From assembly GCA_965228855.1 (NCBI GenBank), contig CBDDIJ010000003.1, forward strand, positions 2,080,001-2,144,000: a stretch of DNA of 64,000 bases. The letters are read 5' to 3'. A program made the position numbers and the translations under genes. Shown in pieces: positions 1 to 10,407 of this stretch (position 1 is its first letter; every line of letters starts with the position of its first letter). The notes under the pieces are model-generated. The model did not search any database. It saw only the letters and a list, made by a program, of their open reading frames with translations, and was not told the origin of the DNA. This stretch comes from Candidatus Obscuribacterales bacterium. GTDB lineage: Bacteria > Cyanobacteriota > Vampirovibrionia > Obscuribacterales > Obscuribacteraceae.

Positions 1-3000
1 AACCGGATTCGTGAATTGTGTTGGCAAAGTCGACTTGCTTCGTCGTCAGATTTCCATCCGAATTTTCCGACAGCAGTTTCGACAAGATCAACAGACTATT
101 GAGTGGAGTTCGAAGTTCGTGCGACATATTGGCGAGAAACTCGGACTTGTATTTAGACGTAAGTGCAAGCTGCTCGGCTTTCTCTTCCAAACTCCGTCTT
201 GCTTGTTCGATCTCCTGATTCTTACGCTCCACCTCCGCATTCTGCGAAGCGAGTAGTTTTGCTTTTTCTTCCAGTTCTTCGTTGGTATTACGCAACTCTT
301 CTTGCTGGCGAGTCAACATTTCTTCCGAAGCTTGAAGCGTCTTCGCTTGTTGCTCCAGTCGTCTGTTTGTCTCGGTCAGTTCTTCCTGCTGAACCTGCAG
401 CTCTTGTGCCAGAGACTGCGATTGCTTGAGCAAGTTCTCCGTTCTCATATTCGCTTCGATGGTATTGAGAACGATACCAATCGATTCCGTCAGCTGGTCT
501 AGGAAGTTCAAGTGAGTTTCACTGAACATGTTGAAGGAAGCCAATTCGATAATCGCCTTCACTTCACCTTCGAACAGAACCGGCAGTGCGACTATGTTTC
601 GCGGCGACGATTCACCCAATCCTGAGCCGATCTTGAGGTAATCAGTTGGCACATCCTCAATAACTATCTTCTGTTTCTCAAGAGCGCACTGACCGATCAA
701 ACCTTCTCGCAATCTAAACTTCTCGGAGAGTTGCTTGCGTCTTTGATACGCATAACTTCCCAACAGTTTCAATATCGGCTCGCCGTCCTCCATCTCATTG
801 ATGTAGAACACGCCCAGTTGAGCGCGAACCAGTGGCGCCACTTCCGACAAGATCAAGTTTGCGACAGTGAGCAAGTCACGTTGTCCCTGCAGCATACTTG
901 TGAATTTCGCGAGGTTGGTTTTCAACCAGTCCTGCTCTGTGTTTTTCTGAGTCGTATCTTTGAGGTTGCGGATCATCTCGTTGATGTTGTCTTTGAGCGC
1001 CGCGACCTCGCCTCTGGCTTCAACGTCGATACTACGGGTGAGGTCACCCTTCGTAACCGCTGTTGCTACCTCGGCGATAGCTCGTACCTGAGTGGTCAGA
1101 TTTGCAGCCAGTCCGTTTACGTTGTCCGTCAAATCTTTCCAGGTTCCCGATGCACCAGGCACGAGTGCCTGTCCTCCGAGAACCCCTTCAACTCCCACCT
1201 CACGTGCCACCGTAGTTACCTGATCCGCGAATGTCGCCAGTGTGTCGATCATCTCGTTGATGATGTCGGCAAGTGCGGCGATTTCGCCTTTGGCTTGCAG
1301 TACCAGCTTCGTATTCAAGTTACCTTGAGCTACCGCGGTAACAACTCCGGCGATTCCTCGTACTTGCTCCGTCAGATTGCCTGCCATGAAGTTTACGTTG
1401 TCGGTCAAGTCTTTCCATGTACCGCCAACGCCCTGCACGACGGCTTGTCCACCGAGCTTTCCTTCCGTACCTACCTCACGGGCAACCCGCGTTACCTCGG
1501 ACGCAAAGGACGAGAGCTGGTCCACCATGGTGTTGATTGTGTTTTTCAACTCCAAGATTTCGCCTTTGACGTCTACCGTGATTTTCTTAGTCAGGTTGCC
1601 GTTTGCAACAGCGGTCGTAACGTCTGCGATGTTACGCACCTGAGCTGTAAGGTTTGATGCCATCGAGTTTACGTTGTCGGTCAAGTCCTTCCATGTTCCG
1701 GAAACACCCTTCACAACAGCCTGACCGCCCAGCTTACCTTCGGTTCCTACCTCACGAGCTACCCGGGTTACTTCAGCTGCGAATGATGACAGCTGATCCA
1801 CCATCGTGTTGATCGTGTTTTTCAACTCCAAGATTTCGCCGCGAACGTCTACCGTAATCTTCTTAGAGAGGTCGCCGTTTGCTACAGCGGTTGTAACTTC
1901 AGCAATGTTTCGCACCTGAGATGTGAGGTTGGACGCCATGTAATTTACGGAGTCCGTCAAATCTTTCCAGGTTCCAGACACACCTTTTACGTCTGCCTGA
2001 CCGCCCAGTCTACCCTCGGTACCTACTTCCCTCGCAACCCGCGTTACCTCAGACGCGAAGGATGAGAGCTGATCCACCATGGTGTTGATTGTGTTTTTCA
2101 ACTCCAAGATTTCGCCCTTAACGTCTACCGTAATCGTCTTAGTCAGGTCGCCGTTGGCGACAGCGGTCGTAACTTCTGCGATGTTTCGCACCTGGGATGT
2201 GAGGTTGGACGCCATATAATTTACGGAGTCCGTCAAATCCTTCCACGTACCGGACACACCACGCACGTCGGCCTGACCGCCCAACTTACCGTCGGTGCCC
2301 ACCTCCCGCGCTACCCGTGTGACCTCATCGGCGAACGATGAGAGCTGGTCCACCATGGTGTTGATTGTGTTTTTCAACTCCAGGATTTCGCCTTTGACGT
2401 CTACCGTGATCTTCTTAGAGAGATCGCCCTTAGCTACAGCAGTCGTAACGTCTGCGATGTTCCGCACTTGGGATGTGAGGTTGGACGCCATCAGATTTAC
2501 CGAGTCCGTCAAACCCTTCCATGTGCCGGCTACACCTTGCACGTCAGCCTGACCGCCAAGCTTCCCTTCCGTACCTACTTCCCGCGCCACCCGCGTTACC
2601 TCCGCCGCAAATGACGAAAGCTGGTCCACCATGACGTTGATTGTGTTTTTGAGTTCTAAGATTTCGCCCTTTACGTCTACCGTGATCTTCTTAGACAGAT
2701 CGCCTCTGGCTACAGCGGTCGTGACGTCTGCGATGTTTCGCACCTGGGAAGTGAGGTTGGACGCCATGTAATTTACGGAGTCCGTCAAATCTTTCCAGGT
2801 ACCGGAGACACCTTTTACGTCTGCCTGACCGCCTAGCTTCCCTTCCGTACCAACTTCCCGCGCAACCCGTGTTACTTCAGACGCGAAGGAGGACAGCTGG
2901 TCCACCATGACGTTGATCGTGTTTTTAAGCTCTAAGATCTCACCCTTAACGTCTACTGTGATCTTCTTAGAAAGATCGCCTTTAGCCACAGCGGTCGTAA

Positions 3001-4459
3001 CTTCAGCGATGTTTCGCACCTGAGACGTCAGGTTACCTGCCATGTAATTTACGGAGTCGGTCAAGTCTTTCCACGTTCCGGAAACACCTTGAACGTCCGC
3101 CTGACCGCCTAGTTTCCCTTCCGTGCCTACTTCCCGCGCCACCCGTGTTACTTCAGACGCGAAGGAGGAGAGCTGGTCCACCATTGTGTTGATTGTGTCT
3201 TTCAGCTCGAGGATTTCACCTTTTACGTCTACCGTAATCTTCTTGGACAGGTCGCCTCGGGCTACAGCGGTCGTAACATCCGCGATGTTTCGCACCTGGG
3301 AGGTGAGGTTGGACGCCATGTAATTTACGGAGTCCGTCAGCTCTCGCCACGTTCCTTCAACCCCTTTGACCTGCGCCTGACCGCCCAACTTCCCTTCAGT
3401 ACCTACTTCCCGCGCCACCCGAGTTACTTCGGATGCGAAGGACGAGAGTTGGTCCACCATTGTGTTGATTGTGTTTTTCAGCTCAAGAATTTCACCCTTT
3501 ACGTCTACCGTGATTTTCTTGGTCAAATCGCCATTTGCTACAGCAGTCGTCACGTCTGCGATATTCCGTACCTGAGCCGTCAGGTTGGATGCCATTGAGT
3601 TTACGTTGTCAGTGAGGTCTTTCCAGGTACCCGAGACACCTTTTACCAGCGCCTGTCCACCGAGTTTTCCTTCCGTTCCTACCTCGCGAGCTACCCGAGT
3701 TACCTCTGACGCAAACGACGATAGCTGGTCCACCATGGTATTGATGGTGTTTTTCAACTCCTGAATCTCACCTTTAACGTCCACCGTGATTTTCTTGGAG
3801 AGGTCGCCATTCGCTACCGCAGTCGTCACTTCTGCGATGTTCCGCACCTGTGCCGTCAGGTTGGAAGCCATCGAGTTTACAGAATCCGTCAGGTCCTTCC
3901 ACGTTCCGGACACACCCTTCACCTGTGCCTGACCGCCGAGTTTTCCTTCCGTTCCTACCTCTCGAGCGACCCGCGTAACTTCGGAGGTGAAAGATGACAG
4001 CTGGTCAACCATGGTGTTGATGGTTTTAGCGGTTCGGAGAAACTCCCCCTTCAGCGGTCCACCTTCGATTTCCAGCGCCATGGTTTGAGTCAGGTCGCCT
4101 TTTGCAACAGCGCCGATAACGCGTGAAACCTCAGTCGTCGGTCGAACCAGGTCGCCGACAAGCTCGTTCACCGAGTCTATACACAGCGCCCAGCCACCAG
4201 TCGCTTCGCCCAGTGACGCTCGCTGCTTGATCTTCCCTTCTTTACCGACGACGGTACCGATGCGGTGCATTTCCTCAGTAAGTCGCTGGTTTAGCTCAAT
4301 GGCTCGGTTAAAGGCTTCGGCGATTTCGCCGTTGATTCCGGTCTCGTCTAACGGCAGACGCACTGTGAAATCGCCCTTGGCCATCAATCGCAGGGCTCGA
4401 AGCAATTGCTTTGAATCGAGCACTTCCCTGCCATTCCCTTGGACTGCGGTAGTGGACAT
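1..4459 (-). CDS. Poly-HAMP/GAF/HisKA sensor histidine kinase (Nik1/OsaA-like group), 3' end outside window
   Basis: ATG at 4459 with AAGGAG SD upstream. Translation gives repeated 92-aa units ([31 protein letters not shown]...WKDLTDSVN), then a GAF-like segment, a coiled coil and the H-box [13 protein letters not shown] (~140-102, in frame with the start). No stop in window, so absent from the ORF track. Confidence 0.95.
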   Translation of the reverse strand, partial: MSTTAVQGNGREVLDSKQLLRALRLMAKGDFTVRLPLDETGINGEIAEAFNRAIELNQRLTEEMHRIGTVVGKEGKIKQRASLGEATGGWALCIDSVNELVGDLVRPTTEVSRVIGAVAKGDLTQTMALEIEGGPLKGEFLRTAKTINTMVDQLSSFTSEVTRVAREVGTEGKLGGQAQVKGVSGTWKDLTDSVNSMASNLTAQVRNIAEVTTAVANGDLSKKITVDVKGEIQELKNTINTMVDQLSSFASEVTRVAREVGTEGKLGGQALVKGVSGTWKDLTDNVNSMASNLTAQVRNIADVTTAVANGDLTKKITVDVKGEILELKNTINTMVDQLSSFASEVTRVAREVGTEGKLGGQAQVKGVEGTWRELTDSVNYMASNLTSQVRNIADVTTAVARGDLSKKITVDVKGEILELKDTINTMVDQLSSFASEVTRVAREVGTEGKLGGQADVQGVSGTWKDLTDSVNYMAGNLTSQVRNIAEVTTAVAKGDLSKKITVDVKGEILELKNTINVMVDQLSSFASEVTRVAREVGTEGKLGGQADVKGVSGTWKDLTDSVNYMASNLTSQVRNIADVTTAVARGDLSKKITVDVKGEILELKNTINVMVDQLSSFAAEVTRVAREVGTEGKLGGQADVQGVAGTWKGLTDSVNLMASNLTSQVRNIADVTTAVAKGDLSKKITVDVKGEILELKNTINTMVDQLSSFADEVTRVAREVGTDGKLGGQADVRGVSGTWKDLTDSVNYMASNLTSQVRNIAEVTTAVANGDLTKTITVDVKGEILELKNTINTMVDQLSSFASEVTRVAREVGTEGRLGGQADVKGVSGTWKDLTDSVNYMASNLTSQVRNIAEVTTAVANGDLSKKITVDVRGEILELKNTINTMVDQLSSFAAEVTRVAREVGTEGKLGGQAVVKGVSGTWKDLTDNVNSMASNLTAQVRNIADVTTAVANGNLTKKITVDVKGEILELKNTINTMVDQLSSFASEVTRVAREVGTEGKLGGQAVVQGVGGTWKDLTDNVNFMAGNLTEQVRGIAGVVTAVAQGNLNTKLVLQAKGEIAALADIINEMIDTLATFADQVTTVAREVGVEGVLGGQALVPGASGTWKDLTDNVNGLAANLTTQVRAIAEVATAVTKGDLTRSIDVEARGEVAALKDNINEMIRNLKDTTQKNTEQDWLKTNLAKFTSMLQGQRDLLTVANLILSEVAPLVRAQLGVFYINEMEDGEPILKLLGSYAYQRRKQLSEKFRLREGLIGQCALEKQKIVIEDVPTDYLKIGSGLGESSPRNIVALPVLFEGEVKAIIELASFNMFSETHLNFLDQLTESIGIVLNTIEANMRTENLLKQSQSLAQELQVQQEELTETNRRLEQQAKTLQASEEMLTRQQEELRNTNEELEEKAKLLASQNAEVERKNQEIEQARRSLEEKAEQLALTSKYKSEFLANMSHELRTPLNSLLILSKLLSENSDGNLTTKQVDFANTIHESG
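974..4012 (-). repeat. About 11 tandem 276-bp (92-aa) HAMP repeat units
   Basis: The conserved Met codon of N(T/E)M(V/I)D recurs exactly every 276 bp: 4010, 3734, 3458, 3182, 2906, 2630, 2354, 2078, 1802, 1526, 1250, 974. The last two units are more diverged. Confidence 0.95.
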
Positions 4460-4932
4460 ATCGTGTGATCTCCTTTGAATGGCTGTGACGCGCCATCTTT
4501 GACCAGATTTCTTGTCAGAACGCAGGTGGACACCAGCGCTCCTTCACTTCGCCTCGCATTGGAGAGCTGCCAGGCTGACGCGCCTAATATCGGATTGGTA
4601 GGCACATACCAATAAGTCTTACCGGCGAAAGCTACCGATAAGAAACGCGACATTAATATAAGTCTCCATATAACAGTCTGCCACAGTGTCCCTAAAAAAT
4701 CACGATTCTCGTCGGAAATGATTCGAACAAATATTCGATGAACTCTGGATTTCCAGCGGTTTAAACGGAAGCAAGGGGAACGCAAACCCCATACCACCGC
4801 ATGGAAACCAGTACGACCGTCGCCATGTGGATACAACAACGTTCGCCGGTCTCAGGGAGGTTGCCCGGAGTAAGTGACAGATAAGATCCAGGCACCAGAT
4901 GCAGTGGCAGTGGTCTGGTATCAGATTCGGTG

Positions 4933-5490
4933 TTAGCGGCTGACCACTGTCTTCAAACGACCATGCTCGGTCAGATACAGCTTCGACTGGTGTTGACCGA
5001 AGGTGGATGGAACCAGCTTCTGTTCCGTGCTGTAAGGGCTGCCGCACGGTGTCATCGCTGGCGGTCCGCTCAACTGTTTGATGTATCTTGCAAACCAACC
5101 ACCGAATTCGGCAGCATGCTCCTGGGCAAAGGTAACCGACGTGCGCACCGCGTGATAGCAGGTGTCGCATGTCTTCTCCATATCGTCCGGGATATCGATT
5201 TCCGGAATGATGTCCGCGGAAATATTATGAGACTTCAGTTGCCCGACCATCTGTTCACGAACGGATACAATGGCGGCTTCCATGCTCTCGCCTCCGCCTG
5301 CATTTTTGGCGCTCTTTCCGGTCGGCTTCGGAGCCGCCATGGCGATTCGTTTTCCGGAATTGTCACGGACAGTTCGGTCCGCAGAACCCGAGTTCTTCGA
5401 GCTTTCAGCCAGAGCGGGTTGAATGATGGCGCCGCAAAACAAGGCTACAGCTGAAGTCGCGAGAAGTTTTGACTGGAAGTGAAGGTTCAT
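4933..5490 (-). CDS. Exported hypothetical protein (Sec signal peptide)
   Basis: N-terminal hydrophobic segment ending PALA; 185 aa; contains CDTCYH. Confidence 0.7.
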   Translation of the reverse strand: MNLHFQSKLLATSAVALFCGAIIQPALAESSKNSGSADRTVRDNSGKRIAMAAPKPTGKSAKNAGGGESMEAAIVSVREQMVGQLKSHNISADIIPEIDIPDDMEKTCDTCYHAVRTSVTFAQEHAAEFGGWFARYIKQLSGPPAMTPCGSPYSTEQKLVPSTFGQHQSKLYLTEHGRLKTVVSR

Positions 5491-5781
5491 TTCGGTATAT
5501 CCAATGATATCCAGGCGGATTTAGTCCGGAAAATTATCCCACGACCGGCAAGCCTTACAGTGTGAGGTTTCCTAAATCCTTGATAACCTGCACCCGCTTG
5601 CACTCACAGACACGGAGACTAACGTAAAAGCCCCGCTGAACCGGATATTCGTCCTTGCATTCGCCAAACCTTATGGTAGGATCGGGATAACCTGCGGCGC
5701 CATGCAGCGAATTTATGAGGGTTTCCCTAGATGCGTATAGGGAAACTAGCAATGGAGTCGGACAGGCTTTTAGTAAAAACC

Positions 5782-5988
5782 ATGGACGAACAAGCACACA
5801 GTAGTAGCAGCAGCTCGGACGATAATCCCGAAGAACCTCCCCAGGGGCGTTTGCCGGTAATTTCGATTCACACTGCCACGGTAAATTCTCAAGCGTTTTG
5901 TTTGAAGTTCGAGCAAAGCGCATTTTTGAATGCCGTGAATTCGTCTAAAACCGTCAATAGCGGCATAGGAGGGATAAGACGCAGCTAA
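5782..5988 (+). CDS. Putative leader ORF upstream of the CNNM transporter (start could also be 5731 or 5752)
   Basis: MDEQAHSSSSSSDDNPEEPPQG...; stop TAA at 5986-5988, 19 nt before the transporter start. Confidence 0.4.
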   Translation: MDEQAHSSSSSSDDNPEEPPQGRLPVISIHTATVNSQAFCLKFEQSAFLNAVNSSKTVNSGIGGIRRS

Positions 5989-6007
5989 TTCCTGCGTCCC
6001 TACAGTA

Positions 6008-7405
6008 TTGAGTTACGTCTATATTTTGTTCTGGATTTTAATTCTGACCGCCGTAAACGCGTTTTTCGTCGCGGCGGAAATGGCATACGCTCGTGTCCGC
6101 CGTACCCACATCGAAGGTCTTGCCGAAGAGGGCAACGCGATGGCGAAGCGAGGACTCACGTACTTAGAAGATCCCGAAACATTTTTTGCCGGCAGCCAGC
6201 TCGGCATCACAATTGCAATGCTGGTCATAGGTGCAATCGGCGAAAGTGCCTTCGCCCACGACCTCGCGGTCTGGATGGAACAAACGGGCACCAATCTGGG
6301 CTGGCACCATGACGTGATCTTCACCGCCAGAGCGACCTGCTACGTCGTAGTCTTCTTCATCACAGCATTCGTTCAAACAATCTTCGGCGAGTTACTGCCG
6401 AAAGTCTTGACCTTCCAACGCGCTGAATCAATTCTGTTATGGACGATTGGACCGATGCACATCTGGTGCACGGTCACGAAACCATTTTTAGTTGTTATGA
6501 ACGCAACTCAAAAAGCAATCGTTCGTGCAACCAAAATTCCTGAACCTCCAAAACATCAACGAGTATTCTCTGAAGACGAGCTCAAGATGCTGGTTTCAGA
6601 AAGCCAACAGTCCGGTGTACTTGAAGTACAGGAAGAAGAAATGCTTCAGAGCGTCTTCGAATTCGGCGACACTGTTGCATCCGAAATCATGACCCCGCGT
6701 CGTGACATGAGGGCGATCGCCGCGGACAGACCTGTGAAGGACCTGGTCGAACTTGCGCTGAAATACGGGCATTCGAGAATCCCGGTTTTCGAAAAAGATG
6801 TCGACAACATCTTCGGTTTCGTTCATATCCGTGATGGCTTAAGAGCTTATGTTGAAGGCAAAGAGAATGCACTCATTCGAGAACTTGCCCGGCGCATTCT
6901 AATTGTTCCTGAGAATAAACCGCTCCAAGATCTCCTGACCGAATTTAAACGCAGAAAAACTCATGTAGCCGTCGTAATCGACGAGCACGGCGGAACCGAA
7001 GGCATGGTCACTTTCGAGGACCTTCTTGAAGAACTGGTCGGAGATATCGCGGACGAACACGATATTGAAGATGAGATGATCGCACCGATGGATGACGGCT
7101 CTATGATGATCGATGCAAGAATCGATTTGGAAGAGTTCAACGACAAGCTGGGCGTCGAAATCGATGATGAGCAGTTCACCACCCTTGGTGGACACGTCTT
7201 CGGCTGCCTGGGACACGAGCCGCAGGTCGGCGACGAAGTGAATACGGACGAATACACTCTTCGTATCGAAGAAGCCGACCGCCACAGGATCACTAAGTTG
7301 CGTTTCATTCCGAGACTTTGCGAATCGGATGGAAATGAGACGAATGGCACCGAAGCTAATCCAACTTTGAAAGGCGACTCGGTGAGCCACCTGGAGGCAA
7401 GCTAG
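6008..7405 (+). CDS. Hemolysin-family/CNNM transporter (DUF21 + 2 CBS + CorC_HlyC)
   Basis: NAFFVAAEMA, QLGIT, GELLPK, IMTPR, HSRIPV, DEHGGTEGMVTFEDLLEELVGDIADEHD, TTLGG motifs; TTG start. Confidence 0.95.
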   Translation: MSYVYILFWILILTAVNAFFVAAEMAYARVRRTHIEGLAEEGNAMAKRGLTYLEDPETFFAGSQLGITIAMLVIGAIGESAFAHDLAVWMEQTGTNLGWHHDVIFTARATCYVVVFFITAFVQTIFGELLPKVLTFQRAESILLWTIGPMHIWCTVTKPFLVVMNATQKAIVRATKIPEPPKHQRVFSEDELKMLVSESQQSGVLEVQEEEMLQSVFEFGDTVASEIMTPRRDMRAIAADRPVKDLVELALKYGHSRIPVFEKDVDNIFGFVHIRDGLRAYVEGKENALIRELARRILIVPENKPLQDLLTEFKRRKTHVAVVIDEHGGTEGMVTFEDLLEELVGDIADEHDIEDEMIAPMDDGSMMIDARIDLEEFNDKLGVEIDDEQFTTLGGHVFGCLGHEPQVGDEVNTDEYTLRIEEADRHRITKLRFIPRLCESDGNETNGTEANPTLKGDSVSHLEAS

Positions 7406-7406
7406 A

Positions 7407-8270
7407 TTGCCCGTATCGTCGACTCGCGAGGAGCTGTTAGCTCGAGCCCGAAGAGTATTTGCAAAGAAGAAACTAGGTCAAAACTTTTTTGTTGACCCCG
7501 ATCGGCTTGACAAAATTGTCGAGGCTCTCGAGATCACACCTGACGATCATGTCCTGGAAGTCGGCTTCGGTCTTGCCTTTCTGACTGAACGCCTGGCGGC
7601 GAGCGGTGCCGCTCGCTTGACCGGGGTGGAACTGGATCGCGAGTTGATCGAATACTCTCAGAACAAATTCGCAAATCACGTCGAACTGATTCACGGTGAT
7701 TTTCTGGACTTTGATCTCGGACAACTCCAGCCTCCTGTGACCAAGATTATTGGAAACGTTCCCTATCAAATTACCACTCCGATAATTGCACACATTTTCG
7801 GTGAAATCGGTGAGCCTTCATCGTGGTCGCAAAACATCTCAACCGTAGTTATGACTATTCAAATGGAAGTCGCCGAGCGGATTGTTGCGAAACCAGGTTC
7901 CAAAGCCTATTCGCACCTGACGATCTTGAAAGAATGGTTTTTCGATGCAGAAATTCTATTTGATGTTCCTCCGTATTGCTTCTTTCCGGTTCCCGAAGTG
8001 ACATCATCTGTGGTGCGCCTGCGCAAGAAGGAGAAACCACCTGTAGAACCGGCCGACATGGCGCTTTTCAAACAAATCTTGAAAGCCGGCTTTAAGCAAC
8101 GAAGGAAGATGTTAAAAAACAACCTGGCTTTTCTCAAACTCGGCGAGATTCGGATCGGAGAGATTATGCGTTCTGTGAGCGTAAATCCAAACGCGCGAGC
8201 CGAGGACCTTTCAATCATTCAATTCGCAACACTCGCGGACGCCCTGGCGGCGGAACTGAAATCGCACTAG
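7407..8270 (+). CDS. rsmA: 16S rRNA adenine dimethyltransferase RsmA/KsgA
   Basis: KKKLGQNF, LEVGFG, GNVPYQIT, FFPVPEVTS, FKQRRKML, RAEDLS. Confidence 0.95.
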   Translation: MPVSSTREELLARARRVFAKKKLGQNFFVDPDRLDKIVEALEITPDDHVLEVGFGLAFLTERLAASGAARLTGVELDRELIEYSQNKFANHVELIHGDFLDFDLGQLQPPVTKIIGNVPYQITTPIIAHIFGEIGEPSSWSQNISTVVMTIQMEVAERIVAKPGSKAYSHLTILKEWFFDAEILFDVPPYCFFPVPEVTSSVVRLRKKEKPPVEPADMALFKQILKAGFKQRRKMLKNNLAFLKLGEIRIGEIMRSVSVNPNARAEDLSIIQFATLADALAAELKSH

Positions 8271-8282
8271 CCAAGGTTTTGC

Positions 8283-9281
8283 ATGACCAGCATATTAGTA
8301 AAAACTCGTTGCCCCGCAAAAGTAAATCTCACGTTTCAAATCGTCGGTTTGCTTCCCGATGGATACCACGAAGTGAAAACACTCATGCAAGCTGTTTCTC
8401 TGGAGGACGAACTTGCCTTTCAATTCAGCCCTGGAGACGGCAAGGTAACCTTTTCATCTGTCGATTCGAGTTTCGAATCTGGCTTTCCAACCGACGACTC
8501 TAACCTGATCGTCAAAGCGATCAGGAAGTTTCAGCACCAGGTTCCCTCCTCTCGATCCGAAAACATCGACGTAAGAGTAACCAAAAGAATCCCTATTGGA
8601 GCGGGTTTAGCCGGGGGCAGTTCAAACGCGGCAGCCGCTCTCGTAGCATTGAACCACCGCTGCGGTGACACCTTATCACCTGAAGAAGTCACCGCCATTG
8701 GTGCAGCTCTCGGAGCAGATGTGCCATTTTGTCTGATGGGAGGAACAGCTATCGGAGTCAGCAAAGGCGATGTGCTGGCCGCCGTCCATTGCAAGCCGGA
8801 GTTCACACTACTGCTTGCGAAACCTCGGCAACTCTCGATTTCTACCCCGTGGGCGTTCAAAGAGTTTGACAAACTGGTACTGGAGAAACGGGATGAGGCA
8901 AGCACTGTCAGCGATACCACTGAAAAGTGTGCGGCAGCAATTGTCACAGGAACTGCTCCGAGTATCGCACCATATCTGGTGAACGACCTCGAAGAGTCGG
9001 TCTTCCATCACTTTGAAGAATTGAACGAAGTGCGCAGCAAACTCGAGGAATTCGGCGCCCTGCAAGCCCGTCTCACGGGAAGCGGACCAACTCTCTATGG
9101 GCTCTTCGAATCCATTCATGACGCTGAAGAAGCAAAGACCATGCTGGATAAGTTTCAAAACGCGCAAGCTCAGGCGGTTTCTCCAGGGAGCATAAAGAAA
9201 ACCGCGTCGGGGTCAGAGAGCATATATCCACTAGATTCATGGGTTGTACAGTCGGTTCAACTCGGCGCTCGAGTCGTTTAA
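8283..9281 (+). CDS. ispE: 4-diphosphocytidyl-2-C-methyl-D-erythritol kinase
   Basis: PAKVNL, DGYHE, KRIPIGAGLAGGSSNAAA, GADVPF, NDLE, LTGSGPT; follows rsmA. Confidence 0.96.
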   Translation: MTSILVKTRCPAKVNLTFQIVGLLPDGYHEVKTLMQAVSLEDELAFQFSPGDGKVTFSSVDSSFESGFPTDDSNLIVKAIRKFQHQVPSSRSENIDVRVTKRIPIGAGLAGGSSNAAAALVALNHRCGDTLSPEEVTAIGAALGADVPFCLMGGTAIGVSKGDVLAAVHCKPEFTLLLAKPRQLSISTPWAFKEFDKLVLEKRDEASTVSDTTEKCAAAIVTGTAPSIAPYLVNDLEESVFHHFEELNEVRSKLEEFGALQARLTGSGPTLYGLFESIHDAEEAKTMLDKFQNAQAQAVSPGSIKKTASGSESIYPLDSWVVQSVQLGARVV

Positions 9282-9414
9282 CAGCATCCCTGCGCTCAGA
9301 ACCTCGTCGGGCTCTGCCTGATTGATTTTCATATAAGAAGCCCGTGTTGCTGCTAAACTGAACAGCGGTTTGCGTGCCTCCGCTTTAGCGGAGATATAGT
9401 TCACTGAGAGTGTT

Positions 9415-10302
9415 GTGATGAAGAAGACTACAGCGGCAAAAACAAAATCTCAAGCTAAACCGAAAAGCAAAACTTCGACAGCGAAGCCTGCTGTCAAGTC
9501 CAAAGCGGACAAAAACATCGCTGCTGAAACGAGTGCAAAGAAGCAAACAAAGCAAGTCGCAAAGCCAGCTGCGAAAAAGACAATCGGAAAAACAAGTGCG
9601 AACGTAAGTAAGAAACCGCCAGCGAAATCGAAGGCTGAAAACGTAGGAAAAAAATCGAAAGGCGCAGTGACACTGGTACCGAAAGCAGTGGCACAGGAGA
9701 TGATGGACCGTCTTTGCAAACGGTATCCGGACGCCGATTGCGAGCTGGATTTTGGAAGCACCTTCCAATTGCTCACGTCAGTCATACTGTCAGCACAAAC
9801 CACTGACGTGCAGGTCAACAAATGCACGCCTGGTTTATTCAAAAAGTTTCCAACCGCCAAAGCGCTCGCAGAGGCCAATATTGAAGACGTCAAGGAACTG
9901 ATCAAGCCAACAGGCTATTACAATGCGAAAGCGGCTAACATACAGAAATGCGCTCAGGCTCTAGTTGAGAAGTTCGGCGGTGAAGTTCCTGAAACACTCG
10001 AAGAACTGACTCAGCTACCCGGTGTCGGACGGAAAACTGCCAATGTCGTGCTTGGTGTCGCATTTGGTGTCCCAGGCTGGACAGTTGATACACACGTACA
10101 ACGGCTCTCAGGGCGGCTGGGCTTGAGCAATAACACCGAACCTCACAAGATCGAAATTGATCTGCAAAATCTTTATCCGGAAAAGGATTGGACCAAGTAC
10201 TCAATAACCCTGATTTGGCACGGTCGAAGACTTTGCTACGCGCGCAACCCTAACTGCGCCGAGTGCCCGATAAATGACCTTTGCCCGAGTTCCCAAGTCT
10301 GA
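9415..10302 (+). CDS. nth: Endonuclease III with Lys/Ala-rich N-terminal extension
   Basis: LSAQTTD, HhH LPGVGRKTANVVL, VDTHV, FeS motif C-X6-C-X2-C-X5-C (CYARNPNCAECPINDLC). Confidence 0.95.
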   Translation: MMKKTTAAKTKSQAKPKSKTSTAKPAVKSKADKNIAAETSAKKQTKQVAKPAAKKTIGKTSANVSKKPPAKSKAENVGKKSKGAVTLVPKAVAQEMMDRLCKRYPDADCELDFGSTFQLLTSVILSAQTTDVQVNKCTPGLFKKFPTAKALAEANIEDVKELIKPTGYYNAKAANIQKCAQALVEKFGGEVPETLEELTQLPGVGRKTANVVLGVAFGVPGWTVDTHVQRLSGRLGLSNNTEPHKIEIDLQNLYPEKDWTKYSITLIWHGRRLCYARNPNCAECPINDLCPSSQV

Positions 10303-10407
10303 TGGGCGTTTCAGACCAATCTACACGGCGAGAATTGACATAATTGAAGGAAGCGTAAAAGATAGGTATGTCCTATTTACGCAACTTGCCCGGGAACAGA
10401 ACATAAA

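Noticed and set aside
11..3323. Plus-strand ORFs such as 731-1657, 1377-1643, 2295-2552 and 3123-3323 with mutually similar peptides
   Set aside because: Antisense shadows of the minus-strand HAMP repeats; their similarity simply reflects the 276-bp repeat.
974..4012. Regularly spaced repeats suggesting a CRISPR array or DGR template
   Set aside because: Whole units are conserved and in-frame coding, with no unique spacers and no cas or reverse transcriptase gene in the window.
4460..4932. 470-bp intergenic region with small hairpins (possible ncRNA or riboswitch)
   Set aside because: No recognisable SRP, tmRNA, RNase P, 6S or riboswitch consensus; stems are short. An Rfam scan would settle it.
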